Origin: Selaginella moellendorffii | Lineage: Eukaryota; Plantae; Lycopodiophyta | Direction of reading: 5' to 3' | DNA: 64,000 nt | NCBI RefSeq assembly: GCF_000143415.4 | Contig: NW_003314398.1 | Location: forward strand, 288,133-352,132 | In this document: positions 1 to 12,092 of the stretch, in pieces | Layout of the letters: each line of letters opens with the position of its first letter | Position numbering within the stretch: position 1 is the stretch's first letter | The notes under the pieces: model-generated | The model's database searches: none | Told to the model about the DNA's origin: nothing | The model's input: only the letters and a program-made list of their open reading frames with translations | Position numbers and translations under genes: made by a program

Positions 1-2282
1 TCGGTCCAAATGCTTCCATCAATCTTTTATGATTATTCCTTGACTCTATTTGAGTCATTCAGCTTTTTGGACTTTGCCATCTGACGACCCATGAGGTCTT
101 ACCTTTGAGGTGCCAGCTCACTGGAGTACAACTTCTTGTATTTAGGTCCTACTCACAAGGACCATCTTTGCAAGTGTTACTCCGACACTTGATTTGTTTT
201 CTGGGGGCAACCTTTTGCCCCTTAGGACCACTTGTCCATGTGATGAGAATACCAACTCATCCTCTGAGCACACCCCCAACTCCTTGGGTTGTTCCAGCAT
301 TTATTAGAGGTAGCTCCAGCTACCATTTCAAGGACTTATGTCCTTTTCTGTATTTGACCTCCCGTGGTCATTACTTTTGGTCTCACATTCATGAGCACCA
401 ACCTCAACTATATGAGGATAATCTTGTGACTCCTTTATTGCTTTGGAGTCTCTATCTTTCCTGTAATCCCAACCATAGTTGTTTACCACAACCACATTAG
501 CCAATTGGCTACGTCAAACACTCATTTGGATCACATCCTCAACTCTCTGAGGAAACGTTTATACTATTCCCAAGATCCCAAAGTCGTTCCCTTACTGGCC
601 CTTTTCCATCCACCACATCATGCACAAGTTCACGTATGAACTTGAGTAGAGAGCCATGTCCTCACGACATGCTATTCCTCGAGCATAGGTCCATATCTAG
701 GACCTTCCAATTCCAATACAAGTGATGATATACTTGGCCATCAGTAAGAGTCGGACTAAGGAACAACTCCGATACCAAGTTGTAAGCGATTAAATTTTTC
801 CATTCTACTTTAGTCACTTAACCACACCTCCGACCACTTAGAAGAGTCTCACTCACAACCTCTATAAGTCTTATTTTGGACTTGGGCTTGCTAGCCCTGA
901 GAATGGCATCCCTGCCACTCAATCTTTGCATTTGGTCCAAGTGCTCCACGTGTTCGATCCCAAGACCAACACCCAAAGGTACCATTGACATATTGGCCCG
1001 TTACGCTAAGGCTATGCCCATTCACCTTTGCCGCACTGGTGGTCCAATACCACTTGCATCACAATCCCGTCTCTCCAAGATTGGGCTGTCCGTCCACGAG
1101 TGGTCATCCCAGATCCATTCCTTAGCATCCTTAGGATGCCCATAGACATAGGGAATAACCTTCCCTAACATCCCTTTGTCAGTTCCTACCAAGTCCCTTT
1201 TCCGTCCATGGCCATATTCACCAACACTGCCACTAGATCAAGGCCCGCAGGCCCGGCCACTAAGTCCCATTGTCCTCTGGGACTTCTTCACCATGTGACC
1301 GTATCCAAGTCACTACACTAGAGGACTGCTCCTCCTCCTTCCCCCCATTTGGGACTTCGGGACAACACTTCAGAACACCGTGGCCCTACGCGAGCCCCGT
1401 GGGTACTCTCCCCACCTTCCGCCTTTAGGTGCTCTAGCCATGGGCTTAGAGCAAGGTTCCGTTGAGCCACACCAAGTATCTAAGTAGGTAGTGCCACCCA
1501 CACTTGGACTGGGAGCATCGGCCAGTCGATCTTCCGGGGGAACTAGAGCCGGCTCTTGAACACTTCACCAAGCTACCCCGCTTGTCGGTCCGTATTCACT
1601 CTAGTCTTGGACTTCCCAGTGGTCAGTTCATCACCCAACACCGGGTCTGGCGTTCCTGGGCCAAACTGGCCTTTCCTAGCCAAACTGGCTCCACTACAGT
1701 CCTCCCCCTCACTATACTTTTGGAGCTCACCAAACCCCTCAGGGTCTGGGAGACGAACGCTTTGGGCTTTCACCCTCTCAGACTCGAACTCAGACTCGGA
1801 CTGGGACTCAAACTCGGACTCAGACTCGGACTCGGACTCGGACTTGGACTCGGGCTCAGGCTCGGGCTCGGTCTCGGCCTTGGCCTCGGTCTCGATCTCG
1901 GTCTGGGTCTGGGTCTGGGTCTGGGTCCCGGTCTCGGTCTCGGTCTCGGTCTTGGTCTCGATCCCGGTCTCAGTCCCGGTCTCGGTCTTGACCTCAGACT
2001 CCATCTCGGGTCCATCTCAGACTCCATCTCGGACTCCACCTCGGACTCCAACTCAGGTCCATCTCGGACTCCACCTCGGACTCCAACTCGAATCCATCTC
2101 GGACTCCACCTCGGACTCCAACTCGGGTCCATCTCGGACTCCATCTCGGACACTTCCACGTGTCATGTGTTGGTCCTTTTGGGTCCCTTTTTGGAGCCTC
2201 ACTTATTGCTCACTTCATGCTCGTTCTTTGCATGTGGCACCCTTTCAGCTCCACTTTGGGGCTTAGGGATTTGTATCTCACA
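1..2282 (-). mobile_element. LTR retrotransposon, 5' LTR (781-2282) plus PBS and start of internal region; truncated by window edge
   Basis: LTR bounded by TG (781, tgtaagcg) and CA (2282). Met-tRNA PBS tggtatcggag on minus strand at 767-777, 3 bp from the LTR. Sequence after 2282 (gggttgagcttt...) resumes the host LTR-family sequence also seen at 9299. Confidence 0.8.
1780..2150. repeat. Hexamer-based tandem repeat (CTCGGA/CTCGGT, then 12/18-mer variants) inside the LTR
   Basis: Visible runs gactcggactcggact..., ggtctcggtctc..., ccatctcggactcca...; they explain the four low-complexity ORFs here. Confidence 0.9.
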
Positions 2283-3742
2283 GGGTTGAGCTTTAGCTTT
2301 TCCTTGAAAAGTGATTTAGTCATGGACAACGTTAACTTTATGAGATGAAGAGTTAGTGATTGATATTGGAGATGTTTGAATCTTTATTAGATTTGAATTA
2401 GAATATGCCAATCATTGATGATTTTTCTTATGCTTGTTATTTAGTGAGTTACGTCTTGCTGTAGATGGATTTATGGAGGATCGTTTAGTGATCATTTGTT
2501 GAGCATAGCTCCATTGTGCATAACTTTTGGATTGATGCAGATGTGCTCTTCATTAGCTTTGCATTATGTTGTTTAGCTTATGGATATGTTGAGGAGGATA
2601 TTGTGGGTTATATTATGATTTCTTCTTCAGCATTGAAGTTAGTTCATGCAAAACTTGTGAACATTATTAGGCTAGACTTAACTATAAGCTTCTTCAAGTT
2701 TTTGGGTCTTTGAGTTTTCATGCTCATTGTTCCATTAGAAATTGTTGGGGAAAGCATTTTGACTCATTAACTTCAATGTTGAAGTTGGCTTTTGCATTTA
2801 GCAATCATTAGTGATGATTGGCTATCATCTAGGATAATTGAATATCCTTGTTAAGGGTTTTTGCTTGATTATTGTTGGTATAGATTGATTTACCGTTCTT
2901 TGGGATAGTAGATTCTTTCTTCGACAATGATTATGCATTTCTTCATTGATGGGATGATTGATGATCTTCATGATAGTTAGTTATTCTCTTTGATAACTTA
3001 TGGCTTTTTGCATTACCACATGTTCTTTGTGGTTTGTTCTGGATTGGTCTATTGGGTTTGAGACATCAGTAAGATGTTGCTGACACTTGCTTAAGCAACT
3101 TGAGTTCCTTTGTATTGTTAATCGGGATCTATTCAGATTAGCTAGTGCGATGATTGGCATGAACGAGTGTTTGTTGGCCATGCAATATTCATTCTATTCT
3201 GTTGATTATTGCTCGAGTTAACTTTGATAGATTGAAATGTTATTACTTTTGGGTGATACATTCGCAAGCATTTTGCTTGCCAGTCAATGATACTTTGTGT
3301 TCTTTGAGTTATTTTTCGTAAGTTATTTAGCATACTGTCTGCCATCTTCAATAATTAAATTTTATCATTGAGTTTTTTGCTGATATGCTTGCTATTGAGT
3401 TTTGTTGGATGGTGATTCCTATGTTTACCAATTATGATGATCTTGGTGGTTGCTATACTATAATACTAGTTTATCAGATGATAACTTACTTGGAATACTT
3501 TTGTGTTCTAATCTAAGCTTTACTCACTGATACTTCAGTCTCTTAGATATCATTGTCTTTGACTTTGATATTGTCCATCTATTGATCTTGCAACTTGGGC
3601 CAGTATAGGCAGACTGGCTTCAGCACTTCGTGTGCATGGTGAAATTTCTAGTCATAGGGTAGCTACTGTCGACTGATCACATCACTTGCCTCTCTGTCAA
3701 TGTTCCTCATTCCGTTAAAAGGGCGTGACCGTGTAAACAACT

Positions 3743-4341
3743 TGTAAGCAACCAAAGGGAACGACTCAAGAGACGATCCATAAGGGTTCAAATATAGAGG
3801 GAAAAGGGCCCATGAATAAGAGTGCACCCCATTTTCCAATCGGTAAAGGGTCTTGGGATACTTGGGGTTAAGTGTCCTTGGGTTTGAATAGTACTAGGCT
3901 GGGTGACTTCCCGGGAAGTCCAAACTTAGGAGCTTACATTTGGTATCAGAGAGGTCTCGGGTCCGACTCTGTTGGTTGGCTTAGGGGAATCACACCACAT
4001 GTTGATTGACATCTGGCTGGTCCAATTTGCTCCCGCTGGGCTCGACCCGAGGGGTAGGGTGTCAAGAGAGTTGGGGCTCTCGGGAGAGCTGCGGCTCTCA
4101 GCTTCCGTTCACGAGGGCGTGAACTTGCAGGGAAGCGTGGTGGATTGTAAGCAACCAAAGGGAACAACTCGAGAGACGATCCATAGGGGTTCAAATATAG
4201 AGGGAAAAGGGCCCATGAATAAAAGTGCACCCCCTTTTCCAATCGGTTAAGGGTCTTGGGATATTTGGGGTTAAGCGTCCTTGGGTTTAAATAGTACTGG
4301 GCTGGGTGACCTCCTGGGAAGTCCAAACTCAAGAGCTTAAA
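3743..4341 (+). mobile_element. Cassandra TRIM, full length, with 5S-rRNA-derived LTRs
   Basis: Two 196-bp LTRs (3743-3938, 4146-4341), PBS tggtatcagag at 3941, TSD CAACT on both sides. The LTR core gttaagcgtccttggg...tagtactgggctgggtgacctcctgggaagtcc matches the 5S rRNA internal promoter (A/C boxes). Confidence 0.92.
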
Positions 4342-4715
4342 CAACTCTAACTGCCTGTTTACAGTAGTCTATCTAAACCTTACCAACGGGTTTGGTTTCT
4401 TTGTTTAGGAGGGTTGGGGCCTCTGGCTTCTCTCTCTATGTCCTTGTAACGTATCACACTTTTGTATGCTGGGTGACTCCCAAAGCAGCAAGGGTGGCTG
4501 ACTCTGTTGGTCATTTCCTTGTCAGCGATAGCCGGAAGGTGTCTGAGTTGGTAGCGCATCTGCATTAGACAAAGAGGTTGGCTCATAACTCATTTAAGAT
4601 GGTGCATTTCTCACATAGTGTGAGTACCGTGAACTTTTTCTGGAGTTGTTTCTTTGGCAGTATTTTAGACTCGAGTATGCATCGATGAGGACATCAATCT
4701 TCCCTAGGGGGAGAG

Positions 4716-5856
4716 TGTTGCGAATGTGATTTCGGGTATCGAAAGTTACCTGTTAGCCAATCCTTACGGACACTCTTACCTTACTGCCACGATGGTAGGA
4801 GGTCGGTATTGTTAGGCTCGTTATCAGTCTCCGCCTAAGCTAGTCAAGAAACTAGTTTTCTCATGTGCACTTGATCAGATGAGCATAAGGAAGGAATTCC
4901 TAAGTGTTTATTTAGTCAAGCATACTTAACCTGGTTAGAGAAACTCATTCGTTGACTTGCATTTGCTAGTGTTGGGAACCCCCGCGATATTGAGCTTGGT
5001 CCCTCAATATTGCTAGATGATAGCTTACTGTGTTTGCCAAACACCCTTGCTATCATGCCTTTTGTGTTTGTCTTAATTCGGTCCCAAATGTTATTTATGG
5101 AAAATGTCCAGATTTGCTCATTTGGCATATCTATGGAATGTAGAGATTGTTCTAAATACAATGGTGTTCGTCTCGTGTCCAAATTCGCAATCTAGCACCA
5201 TTCTATATTTAGTAAGTTTTGAGCTTGTCCTAGAGATTAACTACAGGGTAGGCTTGGGGTGAAAGCCCAAAGCGTGTGTTCCTCGGGGGGGGGGGGGGGA
5301 GCTGTTGGGGGTTCCAAATGTATAGTAGGGATAGTGGGTAGGTTGGATATGGCCAACCAACCTGAGGCATAGTCTAGCTCTCGCTTGCGTGTCTGTCTCT
5401 GTTCTGTGTCCGGCTTGGGTCTAAGCCCAAGTTCCATTCCATGCTAGCTAGTGGAGTACCCATGTCCCGCGTTAGGCTATCAGTATACCGAAATAGCACC
5501 AGACTCCGTTTAGCTCTATTTTTCGTGCTAGTCTTGGCATTGGGATGCTGGTTGCTCTAGGACTGTTCCAAGTCGCTCCGGGCTCCTGTTCCTTTGCTCC
5601 TTGGGCTGTATGCTCGGGAGTTGCTTCATGGACCGATTCCATCATTCCTTGGCTCTATGCTTGGGAGTTTGACACCGTTCCTTCATTCAATGGCCTAAGG
5701 CCCTGAACCTCGGGTTCCGCACCACTATCCTATGGATATGTGGTATATGATATGTGGCATGTGTCACGTGGCATAAAGAGGGTTTAGGTTCCGCTTCGTG
5801 GTGTTATCCTATGGTAAACCACCATAGGATAAAAGGTAAAAACCATGTGCGCTACA
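4716..5856 (+). mobile_element. Family A LTR, near-identical inverted copy of 25297-26431
   Basis: TG...CA ends, preceded by a PPT and followed by ATGAT, the reverse complement of the ATCAT TSD of the 25297-33942 element. Confidence 0.9.
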
Positions 5857-8022
5857 ATGATATAGATAGAGCATTGCCTTCTCAACATCATTTCTGATTG
5901 TGTAAACTTTTGGTATGCGCTATTTTTGTTAGTCTTGCAATATTCATTCTGTTCTATTGATCATTGCTTGAGTTAGTTCTAATAGATTGGAATGTTATTT
6001 CCTTTGGGTGATACATTCACGAGCATTGTGCTTGTCAGTCAATGATACTTTATGTTCTTTGAGTTATCTTTGGTAAGTTATTTAGCATACTGTTTGCCAT
6101 CTTTGGTAGTTAAGTTTCATCATTGAGTTTCTTTGATGATATACTTGCTATTGAATTTTGTTGGATGGCGATTCCTATACCTACCAATTATGATGATCTT
6201 GGTGGTTCCTATCCTATAATCTTGATTTATCGGATGATAACTTACTTGGAATACATTTATGTTCTAATATAGGGTGTATTCACTAATAATTAAGACTCTA
6301 AGATATCATTGTCTATGACTTTGATATTGTTCATCTATTAATCTTTGAATTTTGGGCCAGTATAGGTAGACTAGCTTCGGCACTTCGTGTGCATGGTGAA
6401 ATCTTTAGTCATGGGGTAGCTACTATCGACTGGTCACATAACCCGCCTCTCTGTCGATGTTCCTTATTCCGTTAAAAGGGTGTGATTGTGTAAACAACTC
6501 TAATTGCCTATTTATAGTAGTCTATCTAAACCTTACCAACGGGTTTGGTTTCTTTGCTCATGAGGGTTGGGGCCTTTGGTTTCTCTCTCTATGTCCTTGT
6601 GAGTAGGGGCGTATCACACTTTTGTAAGCTGGGTGACACCCAGAGTAATAAAGGTGGCTGACTCCATTGGTCATTTCCTTGTCAGCGACGGCTGGAAGGT
6701 GTCTGAGCTGGTAGCGCATCCACGTTAGACAAAGAGGTTGGCTCTTAACTCATTTAAGTTGGTGCAGTTCTCATATAGTGTGAATACCGTGAACTTTTTT
6801 TGGAGTTATTTCTTTGGCGATATTCTAGACTCGAGTATGCATTGACGAGGATGTCGATCTTCCCTAAGGGGGGAGAGTGTCGCAAATGTGACTTCTGGTA
6901 TCGAAAGTTATCTGTCGGCCAAACTTTACGGACACTCTTTCCTTACTGCCATGATGGCAGAAGGTTGGTATTGCTGGACCCTTTATTATTCCCTCTTGTT
7001 CAAGTATTAGTAAACTGGACTTTGCATCTGTACTTGGCCAGACGAGCATAAGGAAGGAATTCCTAAGTGTCTATTTATCTAAGCATACTTGGTTTGGCTT
7101 TTTAGTTTTCTTTTGCTCTGTTTTGCACTGGCTTGACAAAAACCCTTGCATATTGGGACTAGTCCTTCAATATCGTTGGATGATAGCTTACCGTGTTTGC
7201 CAAACACCCTCGCTATCATGCCTTTTGTGTTAGTCTCATTTCGGTCCCAAATGCTATTTATGGAAAGTGTCTAGATTTGCTCATTTAGCATATTTACGGA
7301 ATGTAGAGATTGTTTTGAACACAATGGTATTCGTCCCATGTCCAAATTCGCAATCTAAGGACATTCCATATTTAGTAAGTTTCGAGCTTGTCCCAGAGAC
7401 TAATTCCCGGTACTAAAGGTAGCTTAGGGTGAAAGCCCAAAGTGTGTGTTCCTCACAGGGGGGGGGGGGGGGGGGTTCCAAATGTATAGTAGGGATAGTG
7501 GGTAGGTCGGGCATGGCCGACCAACCTGAGGCATAATCTAGCTCCCATTTGCGTGTCTATCCTTGTTCTGCATCCGGCTTGGGTCTAAGCCCAAACTCCA
7601 CACCATGCTAGTTGGTGGAGTACCCATATCCTCACGTTATGCCACCGGTATGCTGAAATAGCGACAGACTCTGTTTGGCTCCGTTTTGTGTGCTGGTCCT
7701 GGCATTGGGATGCTGGTTACTCTAGGACTGTTTCAAGTCGCTCCGGGCTCCTGTCCCTTCGCTCCTTGGGCTTTATGCTCGGGAGTTGCTCCGTGGTTCG
7801 GTTCTGTCACTCCTTGGCTTCATGCTTGGGAGTTTGGCACCGTTCCTTCGTTCAGTGGCCCAAGGCCCTGAACCTCAGGTTCCTATGGACACGTGGCATG
7901 GACACATGGCATGTGACATGTGGCATCTGTCACGTGGCACAAAGAGGGTTTAGGTTCCGCTTCGTGGTGTTATCCTATGGTAAATCACCATAGGATAAAG
8001 GGTCAAAACCATGTGCGCTACA

Positions 8023-11000
8023 ATTTTGCATGCTGGTCATGGCAATGGGATGTTGGTTGCTCTAGGACTATTCCAAGTCGCTCCGGGCTCCTGTCCCTTC
8101 GCTCCTTGGGCTGTATGCTCGAGAATTGCTCTGTGGTCCAGTTCCATCACTCTTTGGATCCATGCTTGGGAGTTTAGCACCGTTCTTTCGTTCAGTGGCC
8201 CAAAGCCCTGAACCTCAGGTTCCACACCACTGTCCTATGGATACGTGGCATGTGATACATGGTATATAACACGTGGCACATGGAGGGTTTAAGTTTTGCT
8301 TCGTGGTGTTATCCTATGGTAAATCACCATAAGATAAAGGGTAAAAACCACGTGCACTACCTGTTAGTACTTGTGCTATAGCCTTATCTATGAGGAAGTT
8401 GTGTACCAATATGAATCCATCTCATAGTTTTCACTTTAATTTCAATTAAATGGTTATTATGCATAGCTAACCTCTTCAAGGCATGCTTAAAGGTAGTGGC
8501 TAAATGTATTAGTGAGCTTATTGTGGTTGAGTTAGATTCGGAGGTCATTTAGTTTATGCTTGTCCATAAACCTTTATCTCGTACTTAGGATATTACGTTC
8601 ATGTTGGACAAGTATATAACTCGATGACATGAGGTTAGTGTTCAGGTTTTGTGAAAGCAAGTTGAAGAGTGATTGTTAGTTGCTTTGTGACTAGTGATTG
8701 CTTATAGACTTCATCAAGAACTATTGACACTTGCCTTGCTCGATGAAGATTTATCGGTGATGGGCTTGCTTTACCAGATGGTGTTGCGGAAGATCGTGTC
8801 ATTAGATTTACATGGTTTGTCCATGTTGGCATGTCAACTCTACCTCTATCAGTTGCATTTATTCGTAGTGTTGAATTGCATTGAGTCTTAGATGTGATGA
8901 TTCACTTTTTGATGAAGTGTTATCTGTAATTGAGTTTTGCTGAAGGATTGGTCTCAGATACTAACTAAAGTATCTTCAACTTTGGTTACTTTAATTGCTA
9001 AAGAGTTTTGGGTGGTGATTCACTCTTGCTTTCTTTTAGTTTTGTTATGGTGTTGATAAAATTGAAGTAATGCCTTGTTATTGACATTGTTGATATTGAG
9101 ATTCAAGTGAAATGAGATATCTCTCATTATGATTGATATTGAGTTTCATTAGTCTTGATGGAGATAGTGTTAATGATTTAATTGTAACTTTGTGTTATTG
9201 ACATTCGTGCATTTGCTAGTTAGCAACTATGTTAGCATTCAAACAAGCTGAGTGGCAAGTTTGAGTTAGTTGTGTTCTAAATGAGATCATTTAGTAGAGG
9301 GTTGAGCTTTGGCTTTTCCTTGAAAAGTGATTCAATCATGGACTATACTAACTTTACGAGATGAAGAGTTAGTGATCGATATTGAAATGTTTGAATCCTT
9401 GTTAAATTTGAGTTGGAATATATTGATCATTAATGATTCTTCTTGTGCTTGTTATGAAGTGAGTTATGTCTTACTATAGATAAATTCATAAAGGATCATT
9501 TATTGATCACTTGTTAAGCATAACTCTATTGTGCTTAGCTTTTGGATTGATGTAGATATGCTCTTCATTAGCTTTGCACTATGAAATTTGGCTTATTAGA
9601 AATTGTTGGGAAAAGCATTTTGGCGCATTAACTTCGTTGTTGAAGTTGGTTTTTGCATCTACCAATCATTGGTGATAATTGATTGTCATCTAAGATAATT
9701 GATTATTCTTGTCAAAGTTTTTGCTTGATTATTATTGATATATAATGAGTTGCCATTCTTCGGGATGGTGGATTCCTTCTTCAATAATAATTATGCATCT
9801 CTCTATTAATGGGATGATTAATGATCTTTCATGATAGTTAGTTGTTCTCTTTGATGGCGTATGGCTTTTCGCAATACCATATGTTTTTTGTGGTTTGCTT
9901 TGGATTGATCTTTTGGGTTTGAGACATCAGTAAAATGTTGTTGACACTTGCTTAAGCAACTTGAGTTCCTTTGTATTGTTGACAAAAATCTATTTAGATT
10001 GGCTAGTGCGATAGTTGGCATGACTAAATGTTTATTAGTTTTGCAACATTCCTTCTGTTCTGTTGATTATTGTTACAATTAGTTTTGATAAATTGGATGT
10101 TATTTCCTTTGAGTAATATATTCGTGAGCATTTTGCTTGCTAGTCAATAATACTTTGTATTTTTGAATTATCTTTGGTAAGTTGTTTGGCATACTGTCTA
10201 TAATTTTCTGTAGTTAAGTTTTCTCATTAAGTTTACTTAATGATATTCTTGCTATTGAATTTTGTTAGATGGTGAATTCTATGTTTTCCAATTATGATGA
10301 TCTTGGTGGTTTCTATACTATAATACTAGTTTATCAGATGATAACTCACTTGGAATACTTTTGTGTTCTAATATAAGATTTAATCACTAATAATTAAGTC
10401 TCTAAGATATCATTGTCTACGACTTTGATATTGTCCATCTCTTGATCTTTGATTTTGGGCCAGTATAGGTAGACTGGCTTTAGCACTTTGTTTGTATGGT
10501 GAAATCTCTAGTAAAGGGGTAGCTACTATCGACTAGTCAAATCACCCGCCTCTCTATCGATGTTCCTTATTCTGTTAATAGTGCATGACTCTGTAAACAA
10601 CTCTAATTGCTTGTTTACAGTAGTCTATTTAGTTTGTTTTCTTTGCTCATAAGGGTCGAGGCCTCTGGCTTCTCTCTCTCTATCCCTACAAGCAAGGGTG
10701 TATCACACTTTTGTAAACTAGGTGACACCCAAAGCAGCAAGGGTGGCTAACTCTGTTGGTCATTTCCTTGTCGGCAACAGCCGGAAGGTGTCTGAGTTGG
10801 TAGCGCATCCACATTAGACAAAGAGGTTACCCTAACTCATTTAAGTTAGTGCATTTCTCACATAGTGTAATCACCATGAACTTTTTCTAGAGTTGTTTCC
10901 TTGCCGGTGGCGTAAATTGGAGTATGCATCAACAAAGATGTCGATCTTCCTTAAGGGGGGGAGAGTGTCACAAATGTGACTTCGGATATTGAAAGTTATC

Positions 11001-12092
11001 TATCAGTCAGTCTTTAAGGACACTCTTTCCTTTCTGCCACGATGGCAAAAGGTCGGTATTGCTAGACCCTTTATCAATCCCTCTTGTGCTAGTGGAGTTA
11101 ACTAGGCATTTCGAGTGTACTTAGACCAAACGAGCATAAGGATGAAATTCTTATGTGCTATTAGCTAAGCATACTTAGCTCGGTAAGGAGTTCCCGTCTC
11201 GTTGTCTCTTGCACTGGCTAGTGACAAGAACCCTCGCATATTGAGATTAGTCCCTCATTATCATTGGATGATAGCTGACCCTATTTGCCAAACACCCTCG
11301 CAATCATGCCTTTTGTGTTAGTCTCATTCCGGTCCCAAATACTATTTATGGAAAGTGTCTAGATTTACTTATTTGACATATCTATGGAATGTAGAGATTG
11401 TTCTGAACACAATGGTGTTCATCCCGTGTCCAGATTTGCAATCTAGGAACATTCCATATTTAGTAAGTTTCTTGTCCTAGAGACTAACTCTTGGTACTAA
11501 GGGAGGCTTGGGGTGAAAGCCCAAACCATGTGTTCCTTGGGGGGGTTATAGAGAGTTCCAAATATATAATAGAGATAATGGGTAGGTTGAGCATGACTAA
11601 CAAACATGAGGTATAGTCTAGCTCCCGCTTATGTGCTTGTCTTTGTTCTACGTCCGGCTTGTGTCTAAGCCCAAGTTCATTCCATACTAGCTGGTGGAGT
11701 ACCCATATCCTTGCGTTAGGCCACCAATATGCTGAAATAGTGCCAAACTCTTTTTGGCTCTATTTTGCATGCTAGTCCTAGCATTCGAATGCTAGATGCT
11801 CTAGGACTGTTCTAAGTCACTCCGTACTCCTGTCCCTTCACTCCTTGGGCTGTATACTCAGAAGTTGCTCCATGGTTTAGTTCCTCGCTCCTCGACTCCA
11901 TGCTCGGGAGTTTGTTACCGTTCCTTCGTTTAGTGGCCCAAGGCCCTGAAACTCAAGTTCCACTCCACTGTCCTTTGGACACGTGGCATGTGATACGTGG
12001 TATGTGACATGTGGCATATGGAGGGTTTATGTTCCGCTTCTATGGTTATCCTATGGTAAATCACTATAAGATAAAGGAGCACATACGCTACA
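8023..12092 (+). mobile_element. Family A element, internally deleted: partial LTR 8023-8360, internal 8361-10965, 3' LTR 10966-12092
   Basis: The LTR 3' end at 8360 is joined directly to internal sequence with no PBS. PPT plus TG at 10966; LTR ends cgctaca at 12092. The previous copy is inserted into its upstream LTR. Confidence 0.8.

Larger units (their letters stand above)
2283..8022 (+). mobile_element. Large non-coding LTR element (LARD-like family A), 3' part, with 3' LTR 6878-8022; interrupted by an ectopic copy at about 3160-5918
   Basis: PPT ggggggagag precedes TG at 6878; LTR ends gcgctaca at 8022. Internal sequence is homologous to 8361-10965 and, inverted, to 26432-28450. No long ORFs. 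Confidence 0.8.

Noticed and set aside
1504-2289. ORFs with LG, SD, ET and RP repeats (surface-protein-like)
   Set aside because: By-products of a hexamer tandem repeat inside an LTR.
3860-3921. 5S rRNA gene
   Set aside because: Only the internal promoter part is present, embedded in Cassandra LTRs with a PBS and TSD.
4916-5437. Recurrent short ORFs (MDTRRTP..., MELGLRPKP...) in several places
   Set aside because: They recur only because the LTR is repeated; no domain motifs.
7880-7940. tggcatgtg half-sites in family A LTRs as copies of the transposon palindrome
   Set aside because: They are direct cacgtggca-type repeats without the GGCC centre or the second arm; the single loose match near 52574 is also incomplete.
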